Assembly: GCA_965240325.2 (NCBI GenBank)
Contig: OZ251223.1
Span: forward strand, 2,666,001-2,730,000
DNA: 64,000 nt
Source: Rebecca billardiae RCC1528
Lineage: Eukaryota; Protista; Haptophyta
Direction of reading: 5' to 3'
Under the pieces are notes generated by a model. That model worked only from the letters and a program-made list of their open reading frames with translations. It was not told the DNA's origin and did no database searches. Below are positions 1 through 13,515 of the stretch, piece by piece; positions within the stretch are counted from its first letter, which is position 1, and every line of letters begins with the position of its first letter. Made by a program: the position numbers and the translations under genes.

Positions 1-3000
1 CGTGCTCGACCGCGCGGGCGAGTGCGCCGTCAAGGCGACGCTCCTCGCGCCCGCGGCCGACGGCACCGACCGCGCGCTGTGCACGATGCCCGCGGTCGAC
101 GCGTCGGGCAACCGCACGCTCGACGTCTCGCTCGGCGGCGGCAGCCTCGCGTCCACCACCGACGCGGGGCGGCCCTTCGTGTACTACGACGAGCCGAGCG
201 TGCTCGAGGTCAGCCCGGCCGAGGGCGACGCGCTCGGCGGCACGCGCACCACCATCATCGGCTCGGGCTTTGCCGCGCTCGCCGACGCGGCCGTTGGGTA
301 CGGTGCCGACCCGGCCTCATTCTTGCGCGTCAAGTTCGGGCCGACGACCGCCGCGGCGCCGATCGAGTTCAGCGACACGCGCATCGTGCAGGTGGCGAGC
401 TGGGGTGCGGAGGGCGGCGCCGCGGTGCGCGTCGCGCTCAACGGCCGCCAGTTCGCGCCCGCCGCCGCGGCCGACGCCGGCTCCTTCACCTTTGTCGGGC
501 TGCACGCGCCCGAGATCGTCTCTGCCGCGTTCAACTCGGAGGCGACCGCGCTGATCGTGCAGTTCGACGGCCAGCCGACCAACCGCGGCGGGATGGTAGG
601 CTCGGGCGCTTGCGCGCGCGTGCTCGACGACGCGACGGTCGCGACGCTCCGCGGCGGCTGGAGCGCCGAGCCCTCGTGCTACTGGGCCGACGACAGCACG
701 CTGATCGCCGAGCTCAACTACCTGACGGCGATGGGCCCGGGCTCGAGCGTGGCGCTGCGCGAGAACACGATCTGGCCCAAGGCGTTTGGCGGCAGCTGCC
801 CGGACGAGGTGTGCGCGAGCTCGAGAGCGACGATCGACGCGGACTTCCCGTGCATCGGCTCGTGCCCGGTCCCCGTCGCCGCGCTCAACGGGCCCACCCA
901 GATCTCGTCGTGCCCGGGCGAGGTGCTCGTGCTCGACGGCAGCGGCTCGACCGGCGGCGGCATCAAGGACATCACGTACACGTGGCGCGTCGACCCGAGC
1001 GTCTCCGACTTTGCGGCGCAGCTCAACGCGCGGCTGGCGGACACGACGGCGTACCCGCCCACGACGTCGGTGCTCACGATCGACGGGCTCGAGGGCTCGT
1101 CCTTCGTCTTCCTGCTCCGCGTCTCGTCCTTTGTCGGCCGCACGTCCGCGCTCAAGCGCTGGGCGGTCACGCGCGCGGGCGGCGCCACGCCCTCGCTCTC
1201 GATCGACGGGCCGTTCGAGCTGACCGCGCGGCCGTCGTCGAGCGTGCTGCTCAAGGGCGTGGCGGCGCTCGCCGACTGCTGGCCCGCCGACGACTCCGCG
1301 CAGATCGACTTCGCGTGGTCGGTCACGTCGATCACGGACGCGGCGGGCGCCGACGCGACCGCCGACACGTCGCTCGCGCTCGCCGAGCCCGAGCGCGCGT
1401 CGCTGCGCATCCCCGCCTTCTCGCTCGCGCCGTCGCGCACGTACACGCTGGCGCTCTCGGCGGCGATGGGCGCGGACCCGAGCTCGGCGACGAGCGCGTC
1501 GGTCCGCCTCGTCGTCGTCGCGCAGCCGCTGCAGGCCATCATCTCGGGCGGCGACCGCCGCGTGAGCACCACGGCCGATCTCGAGATTGACGCGTCCGCC
1601 TCGTACGACCCCAACGTGCCCGACGGCGACAGCGCCGGGCTCGACCCGGAGCTCTCGTTCGCGTGGTCGGTGGCGCGGCGGCTGAACGCGACGCACGGCA
1701 CGCCCGCCGCCTTCGACGCGAGCGTCGCCATCGACGGCCCGGTGCTCGCCGTGCCCGAGGCGGTACAGCTCGCGGAGGGCAACTACACGATCAGCCTCAC
1801 GCTCTCAAAGGGCGGCCTTGCGGACGCGAGCGCGGCCGTGGTGCTCGAGGTGGTGAACGGCGCGGTGCCGGTGGTCTCGTTCGCGCCGCTCACCGCGCTC
1901 AAGTACAACCCGACCTGGTCGCTCCCCACGCAGCGCGTCTCGCTCTCCACCAGCCTCGACGCCGTCTCGGCCGCGCGCGAGGCGGCGGGTCTGGACGCGT
2001 ACTCCTACGAGTGGAGCGCGCGCGTGGCGGTCGCGGGCGAGCTGCTCGACGCCGGCCTCGACCTCGCGGACGCGGCGGGCGTGACGACGACGGGCGCGGA
2101 CCAGCCCGCCCTCGCGTTCCGCTCGGGCGTGCTCACCGCGGGCGCGCTCTACGTCTTCGAGCTCCGCGTCTTTGGCGGCTCGCAGCCCGCGGTCGCGTCG
2201 GTGAGCGTGCAGATGAACCGACCGCCGTACGGCGGCGACCTGACGGTCTCGCCGATGGCCGGCGGCGTCGAGCTGAGCACGCGGTTCGTGCTGCAGGCGA
2301 ACGGCTGGACGGACGACGTGGAGGACACGCCGCTCGAGTACGGCTACTCGTACCTGCCGAGCGGCGCCGACGCGCCCCAGTCGCTCGGCGAGCGCGTGAG
2401 GGCGAAGACGGCGCGCGCGTTCCTGCCCGCAGGCGAGCTCGCCGTGACGGTGTCGGTGTACGACTTTTATGGCGCGTCCGCGCGCGCGTCGGTGGGCGGC
2501 GTGCGCGTCGACTCGCCGCCGTCGATCGACTGCGACACGATCGCCGCGGCGCTCGACGCCGCCAACACCGCGGCGGACACCGGCTCGGGCGCGTCGGCGA
2601 TGCAGCTCCTCCTCTCGCTCGCGAGCACGGCGACCGACGAGCTCGGCTGCGACGCTGGCGCCCTGCGCCGCCGCCGCCGCCTCGAGGAGTCCAACTCGAC
2701 GGCGATCGCCAACGCGAGCTCGTCGATCTCCACGGCGATGCTGAGCACGGCGAGCAGCGTCGCCTCGTCCTCCGTCTCCACCTCCGACTCGACGCAGCAG
2801 ACCGCCTCCGTCGTCGCGTCGATCGCAAGCGGCTCGGGCTGCGCGCTCGACGACAGCGGGCAGACGCTCGCCATCGGCACGGTCGCGAGCGCCGCCGCCG
2901 CCGCGTCGAGCGAGGGCTCGTCGGACGCGTTCGCGGGCGACGTGGTGGGCACGATCAGCTGCGTGCTGCAGTCCGCCGACGCGTCCGCCAGCCGGCGCCG

Positions 3001-6000
3001 TCGCCTCGCCGACGCGGGCAACGAGACCAACTGCACCGCGTCGGCGCTCGCGGCCGTGAACGCCGCGACCAAGCAGGCGGCGGCCGCGGTCGCGTCGACG
3101 ATGACGGCGGGCGGCGTGCCCGGCGAGCCGGGCACGGAGGCGACGACGCCCAAGGTGAACATCAGCGCGGTGGTCGCGACGAAGGGCGCGCTCACGAACG
3201 GCACGCTCGCCGGCCCCGGCGGGCAGGGCGCGCTCGACATCTCGCCGTCCGCGCTCGCGAACGCGACGGGCGGCGGCGTCGTGCTGCACTCGTCCATCAT
3301 CGCCGACAACATCTACGCCGACCTCGGCTGCCCCGAGCCGAACGGCACGACGAACGCGTCGGCGGGTTCGGCGGCGGACGCGCGGCGCCGCGCGCGCCGC
3401 CGGCTGCAGAGCGGCTCCTCCTCCACCGGCGCGCTGCAGACCGGCGTCTTCTCCGTCTCGCTCCTCGGCACGGACGGCGTCGCGCTGCAGGTGCAGAGCC
3501 TCGACGAGCCGATCGTGGTCGCCATCCCGATCACCGCGGGCTCGGAGCGCGTGGTGGGCGCGTCGGGGAGCTGCGCCGAGTTCGACAACTGCAACGCGGC
3601 GAAGGGGCGCGGCGCGTGCGCGGCCGACGGCGCGTGCGACTGCGTCTCGCCGTACACGGGACCGTCGTGCGCGGAGGAGGCGCAGTGCTTCTACTGGGAC
3701 GAGACGCTGGCGGAGTGGAGCCAGGACGGGTGCACGCGCATCGCGCCGCCCGACGGCGCCGACCCGAGCCTGCTGTACTGCAGCTGCACGCACCTCACCG
3801 ACTTTGGCGGCGTCGCGGTCGACGTGCCCACCTCGACCGACGACATCGCCGACGACGCGTCCGGCGTGAACGTGAACACCTTCTCGGCGGACGACGCGAA
3901 GAGCGCGCTGGTGGTCTCCTCGCCCGAGCAGCTGGCCGAGCGCATCTCGAACAACCCGTACATCTTCGGGCTGGTGCTCGGCATGGCGGGCGGGTGCGCG
4001 GCGTCGCTGCTGCTCTTCTGCTGGAAGGACCGCACCGAGACCGTCGGCCGGCGCGCCAAGCGGATCGCCGCCGAGGAGAAGAAGCGACAGAAGCGGGAGG
4101 CGCGCGCGCAGGCGCTCGAGGCGCGGCTCGACAAGTTCGACGACGCTGTCGCCGAGCAGACGGAGAAGGCGGCGCTGGCGATCCAGGCGGTGATGCGCGG
4201 CAAGATGGCGCGGAAGGAGGTGGCGCAGGCGAACGCGCTCTTCAAGCGCGGCGACCGCACCAAGGACCACTCGTTCACGCGGCTGTACCGGCTGATGGTC
4301 GACGCGCTCGAGACGGAGCACACGCTGCTCGGCCTCTGGTTTGGAGACCCGGAGACGTCCAAGCGCGCCGAGCTGTGCCAGTCGTTCTGGAACGTGTGCA
4401 TGCTCGGCCTCGTGATCGAGTGCATGCTGTACACCACGGCGCCCTCGTCGGACGACTCGTCGGGCGCGGCGATCTCGTTCAACCTCGTGCAGATGGTCAT
4501 CTTCGCCACGATCACCGCGGGCCTCTCTTTGCCCGCGCTTTCGCTCTTCAAGACCATCTTCACGCTCGGCTACGGGCGGGACACGCCGCTGGCGCAGCGC
4601 GTCTTCAAGAAGATGATCGACCCGAACGAGGCGGAGGACAAGATGATGGTGCGGCACCGCGCCAAGGGCAACACGCCGCCGCCCACGCCACCGACCAAGC
4701 AGCTGCCCACCACCAAGGGCGCGTGCGCGGCACTGTGGCCGGAGGAGGAGCAAGCCGAGCGGCGCGCGACCGCCGGTGCGCGCCCGGCCAGCGGCGCGGG
4801 CGCGCGCCCCGGGAGCGCGGGCTCGGGCAGCAGGGCGTCGCGGTACAAGGGCGAGGTCGTGCCCGTGCCCACGTGCGGCGCGATCGCGGCGTCCGGCTCG
4901 GCCAGAGCCAGCGGTGCCGACACGCCCACCGGCCCGCCGCAACGGCGGAGGCCGTCTGATCTCGGCCTGAGCGCGTGCACGGCCGGTGGCCCTGCGCTGC
5001 CCACCGCGCCACCGGAGCGCAAGCGCTCCAGCGAGCTCGGCCCGCTGCGCGTGCGCTCGCCGCCGCCCTCGCCGCCCAGGCCAGATGCGCCCGGGGCGCT
5101 CGGCGCCGCCAGGGCGTCGGTACCCTCCGCCGACGGCGAGGCTGCCGCGGCCGACCGAGTGCCCGAGCAGCGCCGTGCGCCCGCGCCTCCGAGCGGCGCA
5201 GCCGCCGCGCGAAGAGCGGTGCGCGCGCCGATGCCAGCGGCCGGCACGGCGCGCACGACGCCGGTGGGCACGAGCGGGGCGGCGCCGGCGGCTGCCCACG
5301 CCCCCGCCTCGGGCAGCAGCCTCTCGTGCGCACCCGTGCCCGTCCCCTCGCCCACATGCCGCGCCGCGCCGGCGGAGTCGGCGCCATCGCCGCTGCTGCC
5401 GCCTCGACCGGCGGCGGCTCCGCCGGCGCGCGTGATGAGCACTCGCATCAAGCGGCTGCCGCCCGCGGTCGCGCAGCCCGCGCCCGGGCCGAGGCCGCCC
5501 GCGCCCGGAGCGACGGGCGCGCCCGCCTCCGCCTCGCCCGGCCTGCAGCCGCGCACGCGCGTCATGCCGCCCAAGCCGCCGACCGCCGAGCCGCGCGGCG
5601 CGCCGCCGCCGCCCAAGACGCCGCCGCCCAAGCGCATGCCGCCGCCGCCGCCGCCCAAGCCGCCGCCGCCGACGCCGCCGCCGTCCGTGCTCACGCCGAC
5701 GAGCGCGCCCGACGAGCAGGCGGAGGGGCAGCCCGGCGCGGACGGCGCGCCGCCCGCGCCCACGCCCGGCGCGCCCGTCGGCGCGGACGCCAAGCCGCTC
5801 GCGCGCACGGCCTCGTGGGCGGCGCACCTGCAGTCACTCGAGCTCACGGACACGGCGCACTCGCTGTCCGAGCCGGTCGTGCGGCTGCTGCGCGCAAAGT
5901 TCAACAAGTTCGACACGGACAACTCGGGGTACATGGACGTGGGCGAGCTGCGCACGCTGCTCAACGAGATCGGCTTCAAGATGTCCCGCCGCCGCGTGCA

Positions 6001-6736
6001 GCGCCTCGCCAACGCGCTCGACAAGGACCAGAACGCCGAGATCTCGTTCGCTGAGCTCGTGCAGTGGTACGACTCGATGTGCAACGTGCGCGCACGCGCA
6101 CGCGCGCGCGTACAGGCGCAAAGGCGCAGAGGCGCGGACGGCCGCGTGCGCGCCGCGTGCGTGCTCACGCTGTCGTGCCCGCTCCGCCCCGCCCGTGCGC
6201 CGCGCAGGAGGCGGCCGCGCGCGACGAGCGCCGCAAGCACGGCTGGCGCAAGCACGCGGCCACGCTGCAGCGCGCGCTCACGCCGCACCCGTACGTGCGC
6301 ATCGCGCTCGCGTGGTGCGCCATGTGGGCCATCTTCATCGCGATGTCGATGATCGCCATCACCTTCTCGGTCACGTTCGGCAACCAGACGACGCGCGAGC
6401 TGCTGGTCAGCTGGACCTTCGCCGAGTTCCAGACCCTCTCCGTCGAGGTGGGCGCGCGCGGCAGCGACGCTTGCGTGGCGCGCCGCCCGCGCGGCAGGCA
6501 GGCCGAGCCGCGCGTCCCGCGCGACATGCATGCCCGCCCACATGTTTGCCCTCCTGTCCCGCCGGCGGCGCTCGCGCCCGCAGGAGCCCATCATGATCGC
6601 CCTGAGCGCGGCGATGCCGTGGGTGATCGACCGCCTCACGTCCAACGAGGTGATGGCGGAGATCATCAACGACATCCTCGGCTCGTCAGTCGGCGCGGCC
6701 ATCGGCGCCATCAAGACGTTCCTCACCGGGGGCTGA
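1..6736 (+). CDS. PKD1/PKDREJ-like membrane protein, 5'-truncated (IPT/TIG, REJ, EGF, GPS, TM helices, IQ motif, Pro-rich region, EF-hand pair); introns 6086-6207 and 6448-6583
   Basis: The ORF from 2 contains REJ-type 'VQMNRPPYGGDLTVSP..LSTRF..ANGWTD..PLEY', GPS 'CFYWDE..WSQDGC..CSCTHLTDF', IQ 'IQAVMRGKMARK' and EF-hands 'DTDNSGYMDVGEL' and 'DKDQNAEISFAEL'. Removing two GT..CAG introns restores the TM segments 'IALAWCAMWAIFIAMSMIAITFSVTFG' and 'EPIMIAL', ending at TGA 6734-6736. Confidence 0.85.
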
Positions 6737-7424
6737 GCCTCAAGAGTGCCGACGCTGCGCGCGGGGGTAGACGCCAGAGGTGTGGTGGCGCATGCCCAGG
6801 GAGGCGTCATCGGGCTGGTCCTCGAATGTGGGTGACTGCCTTGATCCAATCCCCGACCCCGGAGCCGGGGCGTCGCGCGGCCAGCCGGCCAGCCGATGGC
6901 TGCCGATCGGCCGCCCGGCCACCGGGCCAAAGTACTAAGTAGCCGCCGATCGGTCCGCTGTCAACTGAACAGGACCTGGGGCCGTGAAGGGCTTGTCGAT
7001 GCTGCTCGTGGAGGTCATGCGGTAAGCTAGTAGCTACGCGACCCGGCGGGACGCTACGCCTGACAGTAACAGGCTTCGCACGTCGAATTGAAGCCAACGA
7101 GCCGCCATATGGCCGTCAGCCAAGGGCCGTACGTCCGCCAAGCAACGGCTTGATGACTGCTTTGAGTTTGAGCTCGTCGGCGCCATCCTGCTCCCGCGCT
7201 GAAGAACTCCGATCCGTCCCTGGCTGGTACTCTCCGCCATCGCACTCGCTTCACGCGAGTGCCCGCCGAGGTACGATGGCGGCGCAGTCCGGAGGAGAGT
7301 ACCACAGGATGTCCGGGCCAGTGAGCACCGGACACGGCTGCCGCGACTCGGTGGCGCTCCGCTCGCCACCCGAGCGAGCAGTGATCGCTGATCGGTCATC
7401 GGTGAGGTCCATCGAGTGGACACC

Positions 7425-8020
7425 ATGGGCGCCGTGCACAAGAAGCGCGTTGTGCGTAGGCACACGGAGCGGACGCTGCGCGAGCTCAACGCGCCGTCGG
7501 AGTACTGGCACCGTCAGTCGCCCGAATTGCTCGTCAAGCTCGCCGTGAAGGAGCGCGGCCTTTCGCCGTGGGTGGAGCCAACCCAGATCAAGGACTACCG
7601 CGCGATCACGAAGATCCTGCGCCGGGTGTACTGGTACCGAGACATGGCCAAGAATCAGGTACGTCGCGTGCCATCGCAACAGGCGCCGCGCCTCTCGGCC
7701 GTGCGCGCGTCAACGCCATGCCATCCCACCCCGCGCACACCTGCGGCATGCGTGTGTGCGGTCAGGCGAAGATGTCAAACACCCCGAAGGGCGTTCGTGT
7801 GCGCAAGATGATGGAGGACTGGAGCGCCGACATCCGCTCCATCAACATGTCTGCCGCGGTGGCTCCCAGCGCCCTTCCCGAAGGCATGTTCGGCGGCCTG
7901 CTGCAGCGCTCGGAGGGCGGCGGAATCGTGTCGTCCTGCCTGTGCGGCCTGGCGGCGGTTGTCCCGGTCGCCGTGCTCACGGGCATGGCGGCCGCGCGCG
8001 CGATCAGCTCCACCAAGTGA
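7425..8020 (+). CDS. Small hypothetical protein with hydrophobic C-terminus; intron 7659-7765
   Basis: ATG at 7425 (MGAVHKKRVV..RDMAKNQ) joins through GTACGT..GTCAG to AKMSNTPKG..AISSTK*. Codons are G/C-ending. No family recognised. Confidence 0.6.
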
Positions 8021-8354
8021 GCTGGCCAGCGCGACATCAGCCGTGCTGAAACCGTCGAAGACGACGGTGGCACAGCTGGCCCAACCGGCGGTGCCGGCTG
8101 TGCCGGCCGCCAGCGCCGGGCACACGCCACGCGGCGCGTGTTAGTTACACAGCGCGCTGCTGTCAGGCCGTTCTCGTCGTCGTCGGATGCTCATGCTGGG
8201 AATCTGGGATTGGTAACGTGCCGCCACTACGGTCCGTTCGGAGGGATTGTGACACGCGCGCGCGTACACACGTCCGGTACGTAAGCAGCGCTATATATAT
8301 ATATATACATAGCAGCAGTGTCAATAACTCGGTATATAGCAGATGGCATCGTTG

Positions 8355-11201
8355 TCATTGGAACGAGTTCTGGAAGTGCAGCGGTGGCGGCAACGGCGGG
8401 GCGACGGTCAGGGGATCTGCGGCTCCGCCGCTGCTGCCGGCGGAGGTTGCCTCGGGAGAGCCTCTCTTGGGATCAGCCCCTCCGCTGCCTGCGAAGGTCG
8501 CGGGAGAGCCCCGAGAGGTGCGTGACGGCGAATCCGGCGGCGTGATGAAGGCCCCGGCCTGCTCGGGATCGCTGAGCGAGTTCTTCCGGCTGAGAGCATT
8601 GCCGCCGCCGTTGGTCTTGCTGTTGCTGCCGCCGTTGGCCCCGCCGCGCGCGCGACGGTGCCCGTGGCCGTGCGCGGGGGCGTGCAGCGGCCCGACCAGG
8701 CTGAGAACGATCGGCATGATGGCCAAGCCGCACACGAGCCCCCACAGGATCGTGCCCCACACGAGCACGAAGAAAGTGCGGAAGACGGCCGACTGCGAGA
8801 GGCCGAGGAAGAGCGTGCCGATCAGCGTGGACGAGCCGGCCGAGAGGATGGACGCGCCCATCGTCTCGAGCGCGTGCGTCGCCTTGGCGCGGCGCGTGCG
8901 GCCGGGCGCCGCCTCGTACGCGTGGGACAGGTGGCAGCTGTAGTCGATGGCGAGGGCGAGCGCGATCAGCAGCGAGATCAGCGTGATCGAGTTGAGCTGC
9001 ACAGACGACAGCACCTGGAGCGCGCGCGGCGCGGCGTGGCGTGGCGCGGCGCGGCGCGGCGGCGCACGGCGCGGGCGCGAGTGAGTGTGTGCGCGCGGAG
9101 CCACCGAGGAGTCGCGATGCGCGATCGGCCCTCGCGCGCAGGGCGCCCACGTGACGGCCTCCGCCGGGCGCGCACGGCGCCCGCGCGCGCCGCGCCGCGC
9201 GCGCGCGCACCATCATCCCGAAGAGCAGGATGTCGATGGTGACGACCGCGCACGAGGACAGCAGCGCGACCGCGGGCGAGAGGAAGCAGAGCAGCACGCA
9301 CAGGATCGAGAGAGACGCGCCCGCGAGGTTGACCATCGCCAGCTCGAAGATCACGTTGTCCACGAGGCCGAACTCGTAGTTGGGGTGGTACGCGTACCCG
9401 CGCGCGCCCGACTGCGAGATGGCGTGCTGGAAGCCCTCCCACTGCTTGTACGCCTCGAGGTGCAGCTGCGGCATCCGCGCGACTGCGATGACGCGGTGCG
9501 CAGCGACCACACCCATCGAGCACGCCGGCCCGGACGCAGCCGCGCCGCCGTTGGTTGAGACGCGCAGCGGCGGCAGCAGCGGCGGCGCGACGGCACCCTG
9601 CGCCGGCGTGACCGCCGCAATGCCCGTGGGCGGCACCGCCACCGGCAAGTCGCCAGCCGGCGCCGCGACCGCGACCGCTGCCGGCAGCGGCGCGGAGCCC
9701 GGCGCGGGCGCCGGCGCGGACGCGCGCGCTGCCGAGCTGCCGTCCGCAGCGGCGCCGGCGTCGCCGCGGCGGCGCCGTCCCAGCCTGTGCGCGCCGCGGC
9801 GTCGGCGCGGAGGCGTCGGCTCCGCCGCCTCCTCGCGCGCGGCGTGCTCCGCGCGCGGCGGCTTGGCGCGCCGCCCGCCGCGGATGATGCGCCGCCACCA
9901 CGGCCGGCGGCAGTGGTTGTCGCGCCCGAGCAGCACCTCGTCGACCACCGAGCACGCGCACGCGCCCTCGAGCCCAGAGAGCACCACGTCGCCCGAGTAG
10001 TCGAGCCCGCCGTGCGCCACGCCGACGATCTCGGGCAGCGGCTCCGCGCCCGCGCCCTGCGTGCACAGGCCGCACGTCAGCGGGCAGATGCGCCGCACGA
10101 AGTTGTGCCCGAAGCCCTTCTCGCAGCGCTCGACCGCGTCCGCGCACTCGTGCCCGCGCGACATCTTGCGAAAGTGCTCCTCGTCGTTCTTGCACTCGGC
10201 CTCGGGCGCGGGCGTGGGCTCGGGCGAGGGCTCGGGCGAGGGCGCCCGCTCCTCGCTGCTCCCCACCTCGGCGGCCGGCGAGGCCTCTGCCTCGTCCTCG
10301 GAGGCGGCGGCGGCGTCGACGACGTCGTCGGCGTCGTCGTCGTGCCGCCTGCGGCGGTGGCGGCGGCGGCGCCGCCCGCCCTCCTCAGCCGTGCTCGGCC
10401 GTGGCGCGTCCACGCCGCTCGTGCTGAGGGCGGGCAGCTCCCCAAAGTCGTCGGCGCTCACGTCGGCCCCCTGCGTGCCCCACGCCGGCCCCGTGTCCAG
10501 CCAGCCACTCGGGCGCACGCTCGACCACCGCTCGCACGCGTGCGACTCCGCATCGTTCAGAAAGAGCGTGAGGTTGTGCATCGAGCACGCGGGGCCGTCG
10601 GCGGCGGCGGCTGCGGCCGAGCGCGCCATCAGCGGCTTGACGTCGGGCGAGCAGCCCAGCCAGTCGGCGAACGCGTCGAGCCAGTTGTGCGCGATGCGCA
10701 GCAGCTCGCCCGTCTTCCACAGCTCGCTCAGCGCCTTGGACGCCTGGCCGGCGTGCAGGATCCCCGCGTCCGCGTCGGCCGCCGCCGACGCGTTGTGCGC
10801 GAGCACCATCCGCTCGCACTTGAAGACAAACATCACAGTCACCGGCTTGTCGCCCGACCAGAACGAGTCGAGGTCGTTGAGGAAGGCTCCGATGTCCGAG
10901 TTGGACGGCACGGTGAACTTCTGCGGCAGCCCCACCTCCAGGTTGGGCAGCACCCACAGCGCGCCGCCGATCAGCAGCACAAAGAGCCCCAGCACGGCGT
11001 AGCTCACAGACGGAGTCAGCAGCCATTGCGCATACACGCGCATGGCGCGCGCGGCCGGCGCGGCGGACGAGCCGAGCTCGGTGCTCGACGCGGCGGGGCG
11101 CATGGTCGCGGGCGGCGTCCGCGGCGTCGCTGGCTGCTGCGGCTGCGGCTGCACGCGCGCAGTGCTGCCGCCGCGCATGCCGCCGCCGCCGCCGCCGCTG
11201 C

Positions 11202-11232
<31 letters not shown>

Positions 11233-11427
11233 AGTGCGGCCACCGCCGTCGCCGCCGACGGCGGCCCCATCGCCCGTGGCGCCGCCCGGAGGCAGTGGGA
11301 ACAGGCCGTCCAGAGACCCCGCAGACGGTGGCGCCGACTTCGGGGCCGAGTCGTCCGCCCAGTGCGGGGGCAGCCATATCGTCGGCACACCGCTCTGCGC
11401 CGGAGACCCCGCGTCGCCGCCGCCGTT

Positions 11428-11463
<36 letters not shown>

Positions 11464-13113
11464 CGTGGCCGCGTCGGGCGACGAGGCCTGCTCCGCGCCC
11501 TCGGTGAGCGCGATGTGGTACGCGTGGCGCACCTCGGCGTGCGCGTGCAGCAGCAGCAGGGGCGAGAAGAAGGTCGCCTGGAAGAAGAAGACGCACACGA
11601 TGCAGCACGCCGTCGTCGCGCAGAAGTACGCGTACACCGGGAAGTCGACGAGCACGCCCGTGCACAGGGCGACCAGCGTGGTCGCCGAGGTGAGCGTGAT
11701 CGCGACCGCAGCCTCCGCCATGGCGTCGGCGAACGAGGCGTCGACGGCGGCGTACATGAACTTCTTCGCCTCCGCGCGGCGCGCGCGGCGCTCGTGCGCC
11801 TTCTCCGCCGGGGCCCCGTCCTCGCCCTCGCGCTGCGCCGCACGCGCCTCGACAGAGAGCCGCTTGGGCGACTTGAGGTGCGCGTCTGCGAGCGCGGCGG
11901 CCGCTGCGTACGGCGGCGGCGTGAAGAGGTCCTTGAGCTCGGCCTGGCGGGCGAAGCAGTCGTAGATGATGATCATGTCGTCGACGCTCACGCCGAGCAG
12001 CGTGAAGATGATCAGCGGGCTCACCGGCGTCAGCGGGATCCCCAGGTACGACGACAGCCCGAAGCCGGAGCCGAGCGAGAGGCCGACGGCGACGGCGCAC
12101 GAGAGGCCGAGCCGCGTGCGCGAGAGCCGCGCGGAGCAGCGCGCCTGGAGGCCGGTGCTGCCGGCGCCGAGCGCGAGCACGCCGGTGACGTACAGCAGCA
12201 CGCAGCCCACCGCGAGCCCCATCAGGTAGCCGTCCTCCGAGACGAACGCCTGCGCCTCGATCTCGTTGATGTGGCGCGAGTAGAGCGTGACTCGCAGCGG
12301 GTGATCGCCCTCGTCCAGGTTCAGCTCGGTGTCGCCCTCCTCGTGGGGGAGCTCGAGCGGCGGCGCGGGCGCGGCCGAGTGGATCCGCCGGATCAGGTGC
12401 CACGTCGCCGCCTCCCACGCCGACGACACGCCGTTGTCGTACCACGGCAGTGTCTGGTCGAGGTAGTAGACGAGCATCACCGCGCGCGCACGCACCGGCT
12501 CTGCGAGCACGTCGTCGCCGCCCTCGTGCGTGACGCCGCCGAGCTCGACGCGGTGCTCGCGGAACGCGATGGTGACGTCCGCGGCCACCTCCTGCTCCGA
12601 GCTCGACGCAAGCCGCTCGCGGTCGTACAGCCACAGCTCGAGCAGCGACGAGACGATGCACACCTTCTCGCCGATCTCGTGCACAAAGCGGCGCAGGCAC
12701 ACGTCGCTGAACATGGCGGGGCGCGGCGCCGCGTCGGGGTCGAGGGAGGAGCCCGCGATGAGCGTCTCGTCCGTCGTCGAGTTCAGGATCGTCTCGTGCA
12801 GGTCGAGCACCTGCAGCAGCGTCTCGCGCTTGACAATGTTGCCGCCGTCTCGGCGCGAGATCAGCACGATGAGCGGATCGGGGTCGAGCCCAAAGGTGTC
12901 GGCCATGTCGTAGCGCAGCCGCGCGAGCTTGGAGCGCTGCTGCACGTACAGCTGCTGCGAACGCACCTCGAACTGGCTCGAGGCCACGATCCCGATGCTG
13001 AGCAGCCCCGCGGTGAGGATCGAGAAGAACATCACCGACTTGGGCGCGCGCGTGATCATCTCGCCAACGTAGCGCGCGGAGCGCTCGATCAGGTGCACCG
13101 GCGAGCACCTCAT
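8355..13113 (-). CDS. Patched/NPC1-like RND-superfamily sterol-sensing-domain protein with an ShK-like insert; intron 9015-9210
   Basis: Multi-TM layout with 'LLGVSVDDMIII' (GxxxDD) and 'AVAITLTSATT'. The spliced C-terminus reads 'LNSITLISLLIALALAIDYSCHLSHAY..ALETMGASILSAGSSTLIG..SAVFRTFF..LAIMPIVLSLVGP'. Confidence 0.88.
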
Positions 13114-13515
13114 CGTGCTGGCAGCCGCTGGTGCACGCGCACCCGCAGCGCGAGCAAAGGGCCGACCACCCCCCGCACAGAAGGCGTCGTGCTCCGCCTC
13201 ACGCGGGCGGCGGCGTTGCTGCTCCGCGCCACCCACGGGTCCGCTACCAAATTGCGGACGCAAGCACCGTCTGCGCTACAGTAGCTCTGGCCCGGCGGTT
13301 CGCGGGCGGCCCCTTTTTGGGCAACGGGTGCTCTGGCCTTCGCGGCCTTATCGCCACCGCTCGGACGCTCGCGGCTTTCGGCTCGCTCGCGCCTCGCGGA
13401 GCCGGGGCGGCTGATTTAGCGCTGCCGGGGCGGCGCCACCCACCGAACCGGACCGGGCGGCAAGTGCTCTTCTGCTTGCGCCCGCTCGACGCCCCTCAAG
13501 CTCGTTGGCTGGAGC

